Assembly: GCA_963827655.1 (NCBI GenBank)
Contig: CAWHCF010000050.1
Span: forward strand, 1 to 64,000
Length of the DNA: 64,000 nucleotides
Direction of reading: 5' to 3'
Origin: an uncultured Acidobacteriota bacterium
GTDB taxonomy: Bacteria; Acidobacteriota; UBA6911
In this document: piece after piece, positions 42,875 through 52,996 of the stretch
Layout: each line of letters starts with the position of its first letter
Position numbering within the stretch: position 1 is the stretch's first letter
The notes under the pieces: generated by a model
What the model was told of the DNA's origin: nothing
Seen by the model: the letters and a program-made list of their open reading frames with translations, nothing else
Database searches by the model: none
Position numbers and translations under genes: made by a program

Positions 42875-43426
42875 ATGAAACGGTTTGTCGTAGGAATCAT
42901 TGCAGCGGCCGTTCTGGTGTCGATGGCGGGCACGGCCATGGCCCAGTCCAAGACCTTCAACGTACAGATGAGAACCGAGACGGCCACCGTCGAGACGATC
43001 GAAGTCGCTAGCCGCACAGTCACGCTCAGGAAACCGGACGGCACCGTCGTGACGGTCGTCGCAGGGCCGGACATTAAGCGGTTCGGGGAGGTCAAGGTCG
43101 GCGACAAGGTCAACGCTCGGTATTACGAGAACGTCGTCATCCGGCTGAAGCGGCCCGGCGAGCCGGACGTGGACACTGAGAAAAAGGCCACGACCCCTTC
43201 CGAACAGGTCATGCCTGGTGGCACCAAAGCCAAGCAGCGGACCATCACGGCCACGATTACGGCCATCGACATGAACACGCCGTCGATCACCTTCACCGGT
43301 CCGAACAACTGGAAGTACTCGTCCGTAGTGCAGGACAAGGAGGCTCTCGCCAAAGTGAAGGTCGGCGATAAGGTCGACATTGTCTGGACGGAAGCGTTGC
43401 TGGTGTCGCTCGAGCCCGGCAAGTAG
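42875..43426 (+). CDS. Exported hypothetical protein with two OB-fold-like repeats
   Basis: AGGAGG RBS, signal peptide ending AMA; TATV/I..I....VKVGDKV occurs twice. Confidence 0.8.
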   Translation: MKRFVVGIIAAAVLVSMAGTAMAQSKTFNVQMRTETATVETIEVASRTVTLRKPDGTVVTVVAGPDIKRFGEVKVGDKVNARYYENVVIRLKRPGEPDVDTEKKATTPSEQVMPGGTKAKQRTITATITAIDMNTPSITFTGPNNWKYSSVVQDKEALAKVKVGDKVDIVWTEALLVSLEPGK

Positions 43427-43684
43427 GTGCTTGGTCACAGCCGGGGCGGTCCGCCGTGATCGCCTCGGACCGTCGTTGATTCCGAATCCATGCAAAACGG
43501 AGTTTCGCGATGGACGGCTAGCCGCGCATGGCGGCTTCTGTGGCTTCGTTAATGGCTGCGATGGTCATCGCGCTGTCAACGAGGAGTCGTACGTCGGCGC
43601 GCTTGATGTCCTTCGCGTTCTGTCAAACATCTGTCGAAAGGCCTTGTTGGGCCAAGGCGGCGGCGACGGAAATACGAATCGGCC

Positions 43685-43950
43685 TTAGCACTCCTTTGCG
43701 ATGTCGTCTATCTTCTTAACAAAGCGCTCCCTCCGTTGCCGATTCACCCCGTCTCGGAGTTCCCGTAAGTACCTGTCGAACTCAAGCCTAAGTGCTCGAT
43801 AGAACTCACTCCGGTTCAACAGGTAGCGATCGCCGCGAGCCTGAACTACCCGCCCAGCCGGGGCGTCGCGCCAGATGATCCACCCTCGAGTCTCGGCCTC
43901 GTGCAGAATCCCATTCCGAACTCCGCGGACGAAGCTCTTCGCGACTTCGG
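43685..43950 (-). pseudogene. C-terminal fragment of a HEPN-like protein
   Basis: FVRGVRNGILHEAET carries an Rx4H motif and a helical C-terminus; upstream in-frame sequence is not protein-like. Confidence 0.45.
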
Positions 43951-44262
43951 CCGGGCCGAGACCTCCGCTTCTGCGGCGCCCGTGTGCCGCCGGTAGTCGA
44001 ACCGACGCTCTACCGGACCGCGGCGGCATGACAGCTTTTCAGGTTTCGGATGTCTCGCCGGCCGCGCGGCAGGTGAGCTTTGGTGTTTCGGCCTGCACGG
44101 CAGGATGGCGGTCACCTGGTAGGAGTCGAGAGGTCCCTTCATCATCCGTTTTCGTGCGTTAAAGGGTCATGCTGGTCCATTTGTGAATTTTTCCGAGTGT
44201 GCAAAGACCTGTCTTCGGGCCGTGGTTGCAACAGGCTTCTCACACGTCAAGGAGGACATCGT

Positions 44263-45258
44263 ATGTTGCCGCGACGCGTATTGTTATCGGCATTGGGTGT
44301 CGTGGTACTCGTACTACTGGTCGGTGGAGGTAGAGGAGCGTGGGCTGGACCTGGGCCGCTCTTGTACGCTTCTACAGGAGATGCAAACAGCAATGGCGGT
44401 GGACGTCTCTACACCATAGACCCCGTTGCGCAAACGGTGACGCTCATTGGCAATACCGGACTCAGTAGATTGGGGGCCCTCGCCTTCGACGGTAACAGAG
44501 TCCTGTACAGCGCGGACGGTGGTTCCTCAGGGCCATCTTTCTTGTATACGATTAACTCGAGCAATGGGACGGCTACGTTTATCGGTGCGCTGTCTGGCAT
44601 CCGAGGTGTGGATGCCCTGGCGTTTGACGCCGGGGGAACCCTCTATGGTGGAGGCTGGGACGGAAACACCGGGCGCTTGCTCACCATTAATCCAGCAAAC
44701 GCAAACGTCTTGAGCAACATTGTTATGTCCGGCAGTGGCAACAGTTTTGTAGCAGGTCTTGCTTTTGATGCGACTAACCAACTGTTCGGTTCCCGAGGGA
44801 ATGCGAATGAACGGACCGAAGATCTGATCCAAATCGATGTCATCACTGGTCAGCATACGCCGATTGGCGTAGCCACGAACGTCATATCCGATATCTGGTT
44901 TGATGCCGCCGCTGGTACGCTTTATGGCGGATCGCCAACAGGAGACCTGTTCATCATTGACCCCCTCACAGGGGGTAAGACGTTGCTGTTCAACACGGGT
45001 ATTCGCATTGCGGGCTTGACCGGCTTAAGCGGTACCGTCGTCATTGATGGCTGCGATTCTGGCGTATTCAATGCCGTGTTCCCCGGCGGGGGCACGATCT
45101 CTGACCTGATTGTGGCATGCGCCGAGGGCGCCAGGAATCACGGCAAGTTCGTGAGTTGTGTCTCCCACTTGACCAATCAGCTGAAGAAAGTCGGGATTAT
45201 CACTGGTCAGCAGAAGGGCGCGATCCAAAGCTGTGCGGCGCAGGCCAACATTCCATAA
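44263..45258 (+). CDS. Secreted beta-propeller protein with a Cys-containing helical C-terminal domain
   Basis: AAGGAGG RBS, signal peptide, about five LxxIDPxxG/ALAFDxxxxLYG blades, C-terminal CAEGARNHGKFVSCV..GAIQSCAA. Confidence 0.8.
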   Translation: MLPRRVLLSALGVVVLVLLVGGGRGAWAGPGPLLYASTGDANSNGGGRLYTIDPVAQTVTLIGNTGLSRLGALAFDGNRVLYSADGGSSGPSFLYTINSSNGTATFIGALSGIRGVDALAFDAGGTLYGGGWDGNTGRLLTINPANANVLSNIVMSGSGNSFVAGLAFDATNQLFGSRGNANERTEDLIQIDVITGQHTPIGVATNVISDIWFDAAAGTLYGGSPTGDLFIIDPLTGGKTLLFNTGIRIAGLTGLSGTVVIDGCDSGVFNAVFPGGGTISDLIVACAEGARNHGKFVSCVSHLTNQLKKVGIITGQQKGAIQSCAAQANIP

Positions 45259-45584
45259 CGTCTCAGGCTGCGAACAAACGGGTCGGAGTAGCTGTCTCGT
45301 GGCTGCCGCCGCAGATCCGTCGGATTTCTCGATCATCTTGGCGACTTCATCCAAGTAGTTTTCGAATCCAGTCCATGTGCCGCCGCCAGCCGCCGGAGCG
45401 ACCTCGTTGCCTCCACTCTCACACACTGCTCAAGCCGCCGTCCGCCGATGCGTCCTTCCCGGCGAGCAGCATCCAGACCTGCTTTCGTTCGCTCTTGGCG
45501 CCGGATCCGCTTTGCTGACCCGCAGGCTGGTGAGAAACGCAGGCGTCGTGTGTAGAATGGTTCGGCACGCGGTGGAGCTCATTT

Positions 45585-46211
45585 ATGGTTAGCGTTAATC
45601 ACAAAACCAGGCTGATTCGAGTTTGTGCCGTATCAATCGCGCTGAGTATCGCGTTCGAGTCTATGAGCGCCTCCTTGGAGCGCTTTTCAGCGCAAGTCCA
45701 GCAAGCGTCCGGCACGCTGTCTTCCGCCAGGCGGATGGCGGACGGCAAACAGTGGACTACACACAATCTGGACGTCAAGACTATGCCGTCCTATTGCTAC
45801 GAAGATGCGGAACTGAATTGCCGTCGGTATGGCCGTTTGTACACCTGGGAGTCGGCGCGGCGAGTATGTCAATCATTGGGAGATGGATGGCGATTGCCGA
45901 CGGACGACGAATGGCGGCAGATGGCGAAGCACTACGGTGGCGTGAGCGAGGATTCGGATGACAGGGGTAAAGCGGCGTACAAGGCGCTCTTGGCCGGAGG
46001 CAGCTCGGGATTCAATGCCTTGCTCGGCGGTGGCCGCTCCGATGATGGCCAGTATGCACGATTGGAAGCCCACGGATTCTACTGGACGGCATCAGAGAGT
46101 GATCCGGCCAGTGGATGGTTCTACAACTTTGGTCGAGGCGGGCAAGCTCTCCATCGTCAAAGCGGCGGCGAGAAGCAGGGAGCATTTTCCGTTCGCTGTG
46201 TCCGGGAGTGA
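45585..46211 (+). CDS. FISUMP (Fibrobacter succinogenes major paralogous) domain protein
   Basis: WTTHNL, YCYED..NC..YGRLYTW, GWRLPTDDEW, SGFNAL.GG, YWTAS, FSVRCVR. Confidence 0.88.
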   Translation: MVSVNHKTRLIRVCAVSIALSIAFESMSASLERFSAQVQQASGTLSSARRMADGKQWTTHNLDVKTMPSYCYEDAELNCRRYGRLYTWESARRVCQSLGDGWRLPTDDEWRQMAKHYGGVSEDSDDRGKAAYKALLAGGSSGFNALLGGGRSDDGQYARLEAHGFYWTASESDPASGWFYNFGRGGQALHRQSGGEKQGAFSVRCVRE

Positions 46212-46424
46212 CGACTGAGAACTCTGTCCCGCCTCTGCTGAAATAGATCGCTGGCTGCGCAGCCAATCACGCCCCTGGCCTGGATCATTGTAAGCCAACC
46301 GTCACCAAGAGAGGACTTCCGCGATAAGTGTCTTGAACAATTGCGTGGATGGCCGCTCGCTTCGAAATCCGCCGTATAAAGGTGACGTTTCAAGCAATGG
46401 CTGCAGAAATTCATAGGAGGATTT

Positions 46425-46907
46425 ATGGCAACGAAAAAAGTCGCAAAAGTCGAACCGGTCGACATGAAGCTCGAAATCGTGGTGCTCGGCGTTTCCGACG
46501 TCGACCGCGCGAAGGCGTTCTACCAAAATCTCGGCTGGCGGCTCGACATCGACGTCGCGAATGGCGACTTCCGCGGCGTGCAGATGACGCCGCACAACTC
46601 GGAAGCCTCGATCATCTTCGGCAAGGGAATCACGTCGGCCAAGCCTGGCTCGGCGCACAGCCTGGTCCTCGCCGTGGACGACATCGACGCCGCCCGCGAC
46701 GACCTGATCGCCCGCGGCGTCGACGTGAGCGAGGTCTTCCACTACGCCGGCGGCCCCTTCAACAACGCCGTGGAGAACCCGCGCGTCGGCGGGCGCGACC
46801 CGGAAGGTCGTTCCTACTTCTCGTTTGCCTCGTTCGAGGATCCGGAAGGGAACGGCTGGCTGCTCCAGGAGATCACGACGCGGCTTCCCGGCCGCGAGTG
46901 GAAGTGA
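46425..46907 (+). CDS. VOC/glyoxalase family protein
   Basis: MKLEIVVLGVSDVDRAKAFY, LAVDDI, FASFEDPEGNGWLLQE. Confidence 0.9.
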   Translation: MATKKVAKVEPVDMKLEIVVLGVSDVDRAKAFYQNLGWRLDIDVANGDFRGVQMTPHNSEASIIFGKGITSAKPGSAHSLVLAVDDIDAARDDLIARGVDVSEVFHYAGGPFNNAVENPRVGGRDPEGRSYFSFASFEDPEGNGWLLQEITTRLPGREWK

Positions 46908-46916
46908 CGCGAGACG

Positions 46917-47117
46917 ATGGACGTCGCGACCCTTGCAGAGCTCCTCCGCGAGACGGCGGAGCACCACGACCAATACGAGAAGACGCACGCCGAGCACCAC
47001 TGGTGGGACTGGTACGCGCCCTATCTGAGCGCCCGTCAGAACGGCAGCAGTCCGGAGGAGGCAGCAGCCGCCGCCGACCGCTACATGGAGGAGGTCCTTC
47101 ATGTTCTTCCCCGATGA
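46917..47117 (+). CDS. Small conserved hypothetical protein following the VOC gene
   Basis: 66 aa, LLRETAEHHDQYEK..HHWWDWYAPY; 9-bp gap after the VOC stop. Confidence 0.75.
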   Translation: MDVATLAELLRETAEHHDQYEKTHAEHHWWDWYAPYLSARQNGSSPEEAAAAADRYMEEVLHVLPR

Positions 47118-47243
47118 CGCCGTTCAAGTGGCCGCACTGGCGAGCGGTCGACGCCAGGTGAGCTGACGGATTTTTCATGACGTCGGCGCTCGCATTCAAC
47201 AAATCTGACTTCCGATTCAGGTGAACGCATGGGAGGAAAAAAC

Positions 47244-48161
47244 ATGGCAAATCCCATTCTGGTCACCGGCGCGGCGGGCCGCGTCGGCGGGATAGGGCGC
47301 ACGGTCACCAAACTGCTGTTGAAGCAAGGCAAAGCGGTGCGTGCGATGGTGCGAAATGAAGACGAACGCGCGCAGGCATTGCGCGACATGGGTGCGGAGG
47401 TCGTGGTCGGCAATCTGCTCGATCTCGATTCGATGCACAGGGTGATTGCCGGCTGCGAGACGATGTACTTCGGCATGTCGGTTTCGGATGCCTATCTGGC
47501 CGCGACGGTCAATGCGGCGGCGGTGGCGAAGCATCACGGCGTGAAGGCGTTCATCAATATGTCGCAGATGACGCTCTCACAGATGAGCATTACCGAAACC
47601 ACCGCGAGCCCGCAGCACAAGCTGCACTGGCTCGCCGAGCAGGCGCTGAACTGGTCCGGTCTGCCGGTCGTGCACGTGCGGCCGACAGTGCTTCTCGAAG
47701 GCTTCTTCCTGATTTTCACTTCGGATTCGGTCAGGGAATCAAATCGGATCAGACTACCGTTCGGCGAGGGCAAGACTTCGCCGGTCGCAGTGGAAGACGT
47801 TGCACGTGTGCTCGCCGCGCTGCTCGCCAATCCGCAGCCGCACATCGGCAAGATCTATCACCTGACCGGTCCGCAGTCCGAGAACATGCATTTCCATGCA
47901 CAGGAGTATTCGAAGGCGCTTGGCCGCACGATCACCTTTCAGGACATTCCGGTCGAGTCGTGGCGGGACGGGCTGCTCGAGCGCGGCTTGCCGGTTCACC
48001 TGGTGAACCACCTCGCGACGATGGCCGATCTGCACCGCGCGGGCCGCTACGACCGGATGTCGGACGACGTGCGCACGCTAACGGGGCAGGGACCGCTGAG
48101 CGTGCAGGAGTTCGTCAGGAAGAATGCGGCGAGATTCACCGCGTCGGCAAAAGAGGCCTGA
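47244..48161 (+). CDS. NmrA-like atypical SDR / NAD(P)H-binding protein
   Basis: GGAGG RBS; ILVTGAAGRVGG, LRDMGAEVVVG, VRPT, VAVEDVA, YHLTGP. Confidence 0.9.
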   Translation: MANPILVTGAAGRVGGIGRTVTKLLLKQGKAVRAMVRNEDERAQALRDMGAEVVVGNLLDLDSMHRVIAGCETMYFGMSVSDAYLAATVNAAAVAKHHGVKAFINMSQMTLSQMSITETTASPQHKLHWLAEQALNWSGLPVVHVRPTVLLEGFFLIFTSDSVRESNRIRLPFGEGKTSPVAVEDVARVLAALLANPQPHIGKIYHLTGPQSENMHFHAQEYSKALGRTITFQDIPVESWRDGLLERGLPVHLVNHLATMADLHRAGRYDRMSDDVRTLTGQGPLSVQEFVRKNAARFTASAKEA

Positions 48162-48232
48162 GTGTCTGCGGATGTTACCCGCTCCAGGGCAGGAGATTTT
48201 GGATGTGTTAGAATGCTGCGAGGAGAACGGAA

Positions 48233-48423
48233 ATGCCAGAAACAATCCACATCAAAGAAGAGGCACGGCGGATCGTCGAAGACCTCCCGGAGGATGCGAC
48301 GTGGGGCGACTTTGCCCGACTTGTCCTGGAGCGGCAACGAATCGAGGAAGGGATTGCAGACTTAGAGCCGGTGTCAAGTGGACGAGCGATGAGATCCGGG
48401 ACAAGCTCCGAATTCCAAGATGA
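48233..48423 (+). CDS. Putative antitoxin of a RelE/ParE pair; frameshift near 48365
   Basis: IKEEARRIVEDLPEDATW..IEEGIADL/AG..DEIR; the restored stop overlaps the toxin ATG (ATGA). Confidence 0.7.
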
Positions 48424-48707
48424 CTGTTGTATGGTCGAACCGAGCACTTCGGTCCCTCGCCGACATTCACCATCATATCTCAACTGATTCCAAGGAGGCC
48501 GCAAACCGGACCATCGATCGAATACTTAAACGTGGCGATCAGTTGGCGTCGTTTCCACATTCGGGACGTCTGGTGGCCCGGTATAATCGACCAGGCGTTC
48601 GAGAACTAATCGAAGCTCCATACCGGATTATGTATCGTGTTCGACGCGAAGAGGTCGAGGTTCTTGATGTATTCCACTCGGCCCAGCTTCCGGCGTGGGA
48701 GCGGTAG
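48420..48707 (+). CDS. RelE/ParE family toxin
   Basis: VVWSNRALRSLADI..I..DS..AA, L.SFPHSGR, RELIEAPYRIMYR, VFHS. Confidence 0.88.
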   Translation: MTVVWSNRALRSLADIHHHISTDSKEAANRTIDRILKRGDQLASFPHSGRLVARYNRPGVRELIEAPYRIMYRVRREEVEVLDVFHSAQLPAWER

Positions 48708-48766
48708 CACTGCCTCGGTCTCCCTTCAAGACCCCCGCCGATTGCCTCCGCAGTACCCGAGATGGA

Positions 48767-49876
48767 TTACTTGCCGAGAATTTCGTTAACCAGCCTCCCC
48801 AACCGCACCCCGCCTATCTTTAGCTGCTGGTCAACGATACCTTTGTTGGCGTTGTAGTAGTTGTCTGCGAGCTGGTAGCAGTCCGTGAGGTGCCCATCCT
48901 TGGTAACCCCGCAGTTGGGGTCTAGCTTAGGAAGCTCGCCATACGCTTTTCTGACGGCGAGGTCGTAAGATCCCTCGAACCAGTCTGAGAAATCTCCCGC
49001 TTGCATATTCGCCAGTTCCGGGCTCCCTTTGGCGGGAATCGCTTTCAGAAGATTTTGGTAGTACTGAGCTTCAGTAAGATTTTCGACCTTCAGGGTGTGG
49101 GTGATGATTCCGCCATCCCAGATGGAATGGATGTTCATCGGCCCATAAGGGGTCTTAGGCTCGCCAAACCACGTAGCCACCTTGAGATTGCCACCCATGT
49201 CGCCTAGATCCTTCGGATTGCTCACAGCCTGCTCGTCTTTTTTATCCGCGGCGCAGTGCAGCGGCTGATGTATGTCGCCCACGATGTGCACGAAAAATTT
49301 TAAGGCTTCGGCGCGGGCAGTCATCTCTTCGCCATACAGGCGGTCTTCTTGAGTCGAAATTTTCGGGTTTCCCAGAACCGCCCGGAGGCGCTCGAGAGCC
49401 TGGACGGCGCAGTCGCCTCTTTTCACGTCCATAATACAATCGCGGGCGGGGTTATACTTGAAGCGAAGAGGCTCAGACCCGCCCGCATTGTTCATCACGA
49501 CCGGAATATCAACGAAGTGCCAGTTGGAAGTGTAAAGCCGCTGGTCTTTCACGGGTGGATCGGGCCAGGGCGCGATACAGGCCATTCCCTCGACCAGAAA
49601 CTTGTCTTCTTCCTTTTTCGTGAGCGTCCCCTTTTTACCGAGGCCAAGTACGTTCGCGCAATTCTTCTGGTAGTAAACAGCATTATTGCGGATGTCTGTG
49701 CGCAGCAGTTTGATGACCTCCGCTCTGGCGACAGGGTTCAAGTGCATGGCCGCGATTCGCGCCGTTATCCGGTGGCCTTCCACGCCCCACGCCAGGGCGT
49801 TTCCCGGCAACATCACAATCAAAGTGGCACAAAGCCATAAAGCAACCAGGCGTCTCTTGAAAAGTTTCGTCAGCAT
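48767..49876 (-). CDS. Secreted S1/P1 nuclease
   Basis: Signal peptide ending ALA then WGVEGH; WPD, WHFVD, HIVGDIHQPLH, GGN, HSIWD zinc-ligand motifs. Confidence 0.92.
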   Translation of the reverse strand: MLTKLFKRRLVALWLCATLIVMLPGNALAWGVEGHRITARIAAMHLNPVARAEVIKLLRTDIRNNAVYYQKNCANVLGLGKKGTLTKKEEDKFLVEGMACIAPWPDPPVKDQRLYTSNWHFVDIPVVMNNAGGSEPLRFKYNPARDCIMDVKRGDCAVQALERLRAVLGNPKISTQEDRLYGEEMTARAEALKFFVHIVGDIHQPLHCAADKKDEQAVSNPKDLGDMGGNLKVATWFGEPKTPYGPMNIHSIWDGGIITHTLKVENLTEAQYYQNLLKAIPAKGSPELANMQAGDFSDWFEGSYDLAVRKAYGELPKLDPNCGVTKDGHLTDCYQLADNYYNANKGIVDQQLKIGGVRLGRLVNEILGK

Positions 49877-50024
49877 TGGTTGCACCTCCGTCGAAATTAC
49901 GTGCGGATCTTACTCTATGGAACATGCCCACTGTTGTGAAATTTGCAGAAGTGTTCTGTCATCTTTGGCGCCCGATCGCCGTGGCGTTTATGATAGCTCC
50001 ACGTCCCACGCATTCCCTTTATCC

Positions 50025-50105
50025 CGTTGCGGTGGCGCCCTGGACGGCAGCCCGAGACAATCGAGAATTCTGCGGATCGCCTCGGGCGGGTGAATGCGGC
50101 GATCT
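50025..50105 (-). mobile_element. Remnant of an IS91-family (Y2) transposase C-terminus
   Basis: IHPPEAIRRILDCLGLPSRAPP matches the typical IS91/ISCR transposase tail; no other transposase sequence present. Confidence 0.55.
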
Positions 50106-50127
50106 GTCCTGCGTGTGGGAACTCGTT

Positions 50128-51359
50128 TCAGAGTGCGCTTCGGGAGACCTCGTCGATCAGTCGCCGCGCGGCGACCTCCGCGCCGTCGGTGCGCACCGAG
50201 GCGGCGACAGATCGGGCACGGACCGCCACGTCCGGCTGGAGGGTGCGGCTGAGCGCCTCGGTCAGCGAGTCGGCGGTGGGCCGCCGGGCGCGTGCGCGGT
50301 TCCGATCCCGAGGTGGTGGACTCGCTGTGCCCAGTAGTGCTGGTCGTAGATCTGGGGCACGACGACCTGGGGTGCTCCGGCCTGCGCGGCTGCGGTCGTG
50401 GTGCCCGCGCCACCGTGGTGCACTACGGCGGCGACCCGTCTGAAGAGCGCCTGCAGGTTGACCTCCCCGATGGACAGGCAGTCGGGTTCGTCGTCCGGCA
50501 GTGCCACGTCGGCCCACCCACGGGACACGATCGCACGGCGGCCGAGCGCGCGGGCCGCCTTGATCATCGCCTGGCTGAGGTCCTGTGGAGCGCGCATACT
50601 GCCGAAGCCGAAGTAGACGGGTGGCTCGCCGGCGTCGAGGAATGCCTCCAACTCCGGGGACAGTGGGCGCTTGTCCGACAGGAACCAGGCGCCCGTCTGG
50701 ACGACATCCAGGTCCGCGGTCTCGGGCCATGGCCCCAACGTCGGGTCGGCGGCCAGCCATGGCCGGTCGGTGAAGATGTGGCTCCGCACGTCGGTGACCG
50801 GGGCCAAACCGGCTGACGCCCGATGGGAGTTGATAGCTGCGCCGAAGTTGTCGTTCCAGCGTTTCGCGTCCTGGGCCCAGAGCGTGCGATTGTCGGCCGT
50901 GCCGTCCGTCGGCGGCTGTGCCCGCAACGGCAATGGGGGCGGCGCATGGTGTGGGGATGGCAGGGTTATCGGGCACCAGGCGGCGTAAACGTAGGGGATT
51001 CCCATCTGCTCGGCCACCGAGCGAAGGGCGAATTGCAGTGCCATGCCCGCCACAAGAACGTCACAGCCCTTGGCTGCCGCCGTGATCGTCTCGAACTGGC
51101 CGGCGACAGTGTCCTCCATTAGCTGACGCAGCTGCTCTGGCGATGGCGGGGCCTGCGCGGCTGGTGGGCGGGGTGCCGCGGTCTGGCGCACCTCGGGTCC
51201 GACGGGCACGAAGGGAATCCCGAGGGTGTCGATCCACTCGCGGAAGTCAGGGGGCGCACAGATACGGACTTCCTGACCAAGCTCCCTCAACTGCAATGCC
51301 AACGCCACCACTGGCTGGACGTCGCCACGAGAACCGATTGTCGACAGCAGCACACGCAT
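50128..51359 (-). CDS. GT1 family small-molecule glycosyltransferase (GtfA/B- and Rgt-like); frameshift near 50285
   Basis: MRVLLSTIGSRGDVQP, CAPPDF, WLAADPTLGP, QTGAW, YFGFGS, HHGGAGTT, PQIYDQ; C-terminus ..VRTDGAEVAARRL in a second frame. Confidence 0.9.
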
Positions 51360-51398
51360 TGGGAACTCCTCTCCGGTAAGAACGTAGGAAGGATAAGC

Positions 51399-51535
51399 GG
51401 CCTGCATATCGAAATTCCAGGCCGGAGTCGCGTAAGGCTGTCTTGTTGTTCGGCCTCAATGATCCAAGCGTTCCCCGTGATACACCGGGATTGAGGAGAT
51501 TGAGGGACAGCCTCGGGTTTCCGCACCTTCGAGGT
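51399..51535 (-). promoter_or_regulatory. Structured 5' leader of the glycosyltransferase gene
   Basis: Nested stems AGGCTGTC(51435)/GACAGCCT(51506) and CCTCAAT(51454)/ATTGAGG(51490 or 51499), plus the hairpin GGCCTG..CAGGCC (51399-51423). Confidence 0.4.
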
Positions 51536-51576
51536 GGGCCGCTCGGAGGGTCAAGGGGGTCGATCCGTGTGACAGG

Positions 51577-52425
51577 CTAATCCGCGTCGGATTTCTTGAT
51601 CATCCGGGCGACTTCGTGCAAGTACTCGTTCAAACCGAGTCCGTGCGCCGCCGCCAGCCGACGAAGCGATTTAAACGTCGTCCCTTCCCCCTTCTCGATC
51701 CGACGTACTTGCCGCTCGGACAGACCCTTGATGTCCGACTGCTTCACTCCTCTTGCTGCGCGGAGGCTCGTGATCGCCGCGCCGTATCGCCTATCGCGGA
51801 TTGTCTTGGCGGCTAGCGCTCTCTCGCGCCAGTGAGGGTCGATGCTGGCGCGGATCGCATCCAAGTCGATGTGAATGTCCGGTCCTGGCCAGTGAAGAAA
51901 GCTTCCGTCTTCGTCTATCTCAAAAGTACTCCGTTCGGCCTCCGCGATGGACTTCAGCGCCGGCACCTTATCGAACGGGATCTCGTAACGATCGAGCGCG
52001 CACGAAATGACAAACAGGTAATCGTCCGACACGTTCGCATCTGCAATAAGCTCGTTCTGAGCGCCATGCAACCAAGCGGTGAGGACACGTCTTGGCAAGG
52101 TCCAATCGGAATGCACGAGCGTATTTCGGAGGGTCCTCAGACCGGCCCGCTCGAACCAATAGGGAAGCCAGCGCGCATTTACATCGTCCCGGACGAACAA
52201 GGCACGAAGCTGATGCCGGCGATTTGCAATGGACACGAAATAGGAGACATCGGGCAGATCAATCGCTTGAGCGAGCACGAACACATTGAGAGCCTCCTCG
52301 GCAATCTCAGGACGAGGCCGACGAAGCACTCGAATCCCCGCTTCTTCCGGGACGGCTTCTTCGCTACCAGCGCCGTGTGCGAGCACCGTCAGCTCGGGCC
52401 TCGACGAATTCATTTCGATTTGCAT
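51577..52425 (-). CDS. DUF2442 plus XRE-HTH protein with N-terminal extension (putative antitoxin)
   Basis: FEIDEDGSFLHWPGPDIHID (DUF2442), LRAARGVKQSDI.GLSERQVRRIEKG (HTH); overlaps the DUF4160 gene. Confidence 0.8.
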   Translation of the reverse strand: MQIEMNSSRPELTVLAHGAGSEEAVPEEAGIRVLRRPRPEIAEEALNVFVLAQAIDLPDVSYFVSIANRRHQLRALFVRDDVNARWLPYWFERAGLRTLRNTLVHSDWTLPRRVLTAWLHGAQNELIADANVSDDYLFVISCALDRYEIPFDKVPALKSIAEAERSTFEIDEDGSFLHWPGPDIHIDLDAIRASIDPHWRERALAAKTIRDRRYGAAITSLRAARGVKQSDIKGLSERQVRRIEKGEGTTFKSLRRLAAAHGLGLNEYLHEVARMIKKSDAD

Positions 52426-52682
52426 ACTTTATCTTCCCATTCCCGGAAGAGGGCGACGCGATGCTTGAGGACTGCCCGCAGAATAGTGGCCCGCTCCGCA
52501 GATGAGGGCCCCTTCCTACCCCACTTCAGTTCGAAAACAAGATCGCCATCCGTGCACTCCAGAAAGAACACCCGTATTTCCCATTTACCGCGCATGGCAA
52601 TGTGTATGTGCTGAGGCAGGTGATCCGATGAGTTAATCCAAACCTTCAGCCCCTCAATCGTGAAAGCTTCGACCTTTCCCAA
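52410..52682 (-). CDS. DUF4160 domain protein (putative toxin)
   Basis: GLKVWINSSDHLPQHIHI..REWE pattern; adjacent to its usual partner DUF2442. Confidence 0.8.
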   Translation of the reverse strand: MGKVEAFTIEGLKVWINSSDHLPQHIHIAMRGKWEIRVFFLECTDGDLVFELKWGRKGPSSAERATILRAVLKHRVALFREWEDKVCKSK

Positions 52683-52996
52683 CGGAGCTCCTGAATTTCA
52701 ACCTGTCAAAGCGTAGCAGATATAGGACATGTTATCAAACAATGTTGATTAAATTATGTCCGGCATGCTGTACGGGGGGTCGCCGCCTTTCAGCTCCATC
52801 TGGAGTTTCATGCCCTGGTTGACGACTCTGCCGCTGGTCACGGTGGTGAGACACTTTCAGCCACACCATTTCGGAGGCACTGTCGGCACCGGCACTTTTG
52901 CGGTATGCTCAGCGGACAAGGCCGGCCCGCGACCCGCTCGAGACGAGCGCGCTGTCAACATCGCGCGGCGGCCGGAGCCACCCGAGGTACACCTAG

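Noticed and set aside
45250-45330. Possible integron attC site after the beta-propeller gene (stop within ..ATAAC)
   Set aside because: No matching GTTRRRY end or complementary arms, and no integrase in the window.
51360-51576. Rifamycin-associated element (RAE) upstream of the Rgt-like gene
   Set aside because: No palindrome with the GCTTGCGGCAAG-type core was found by eye.
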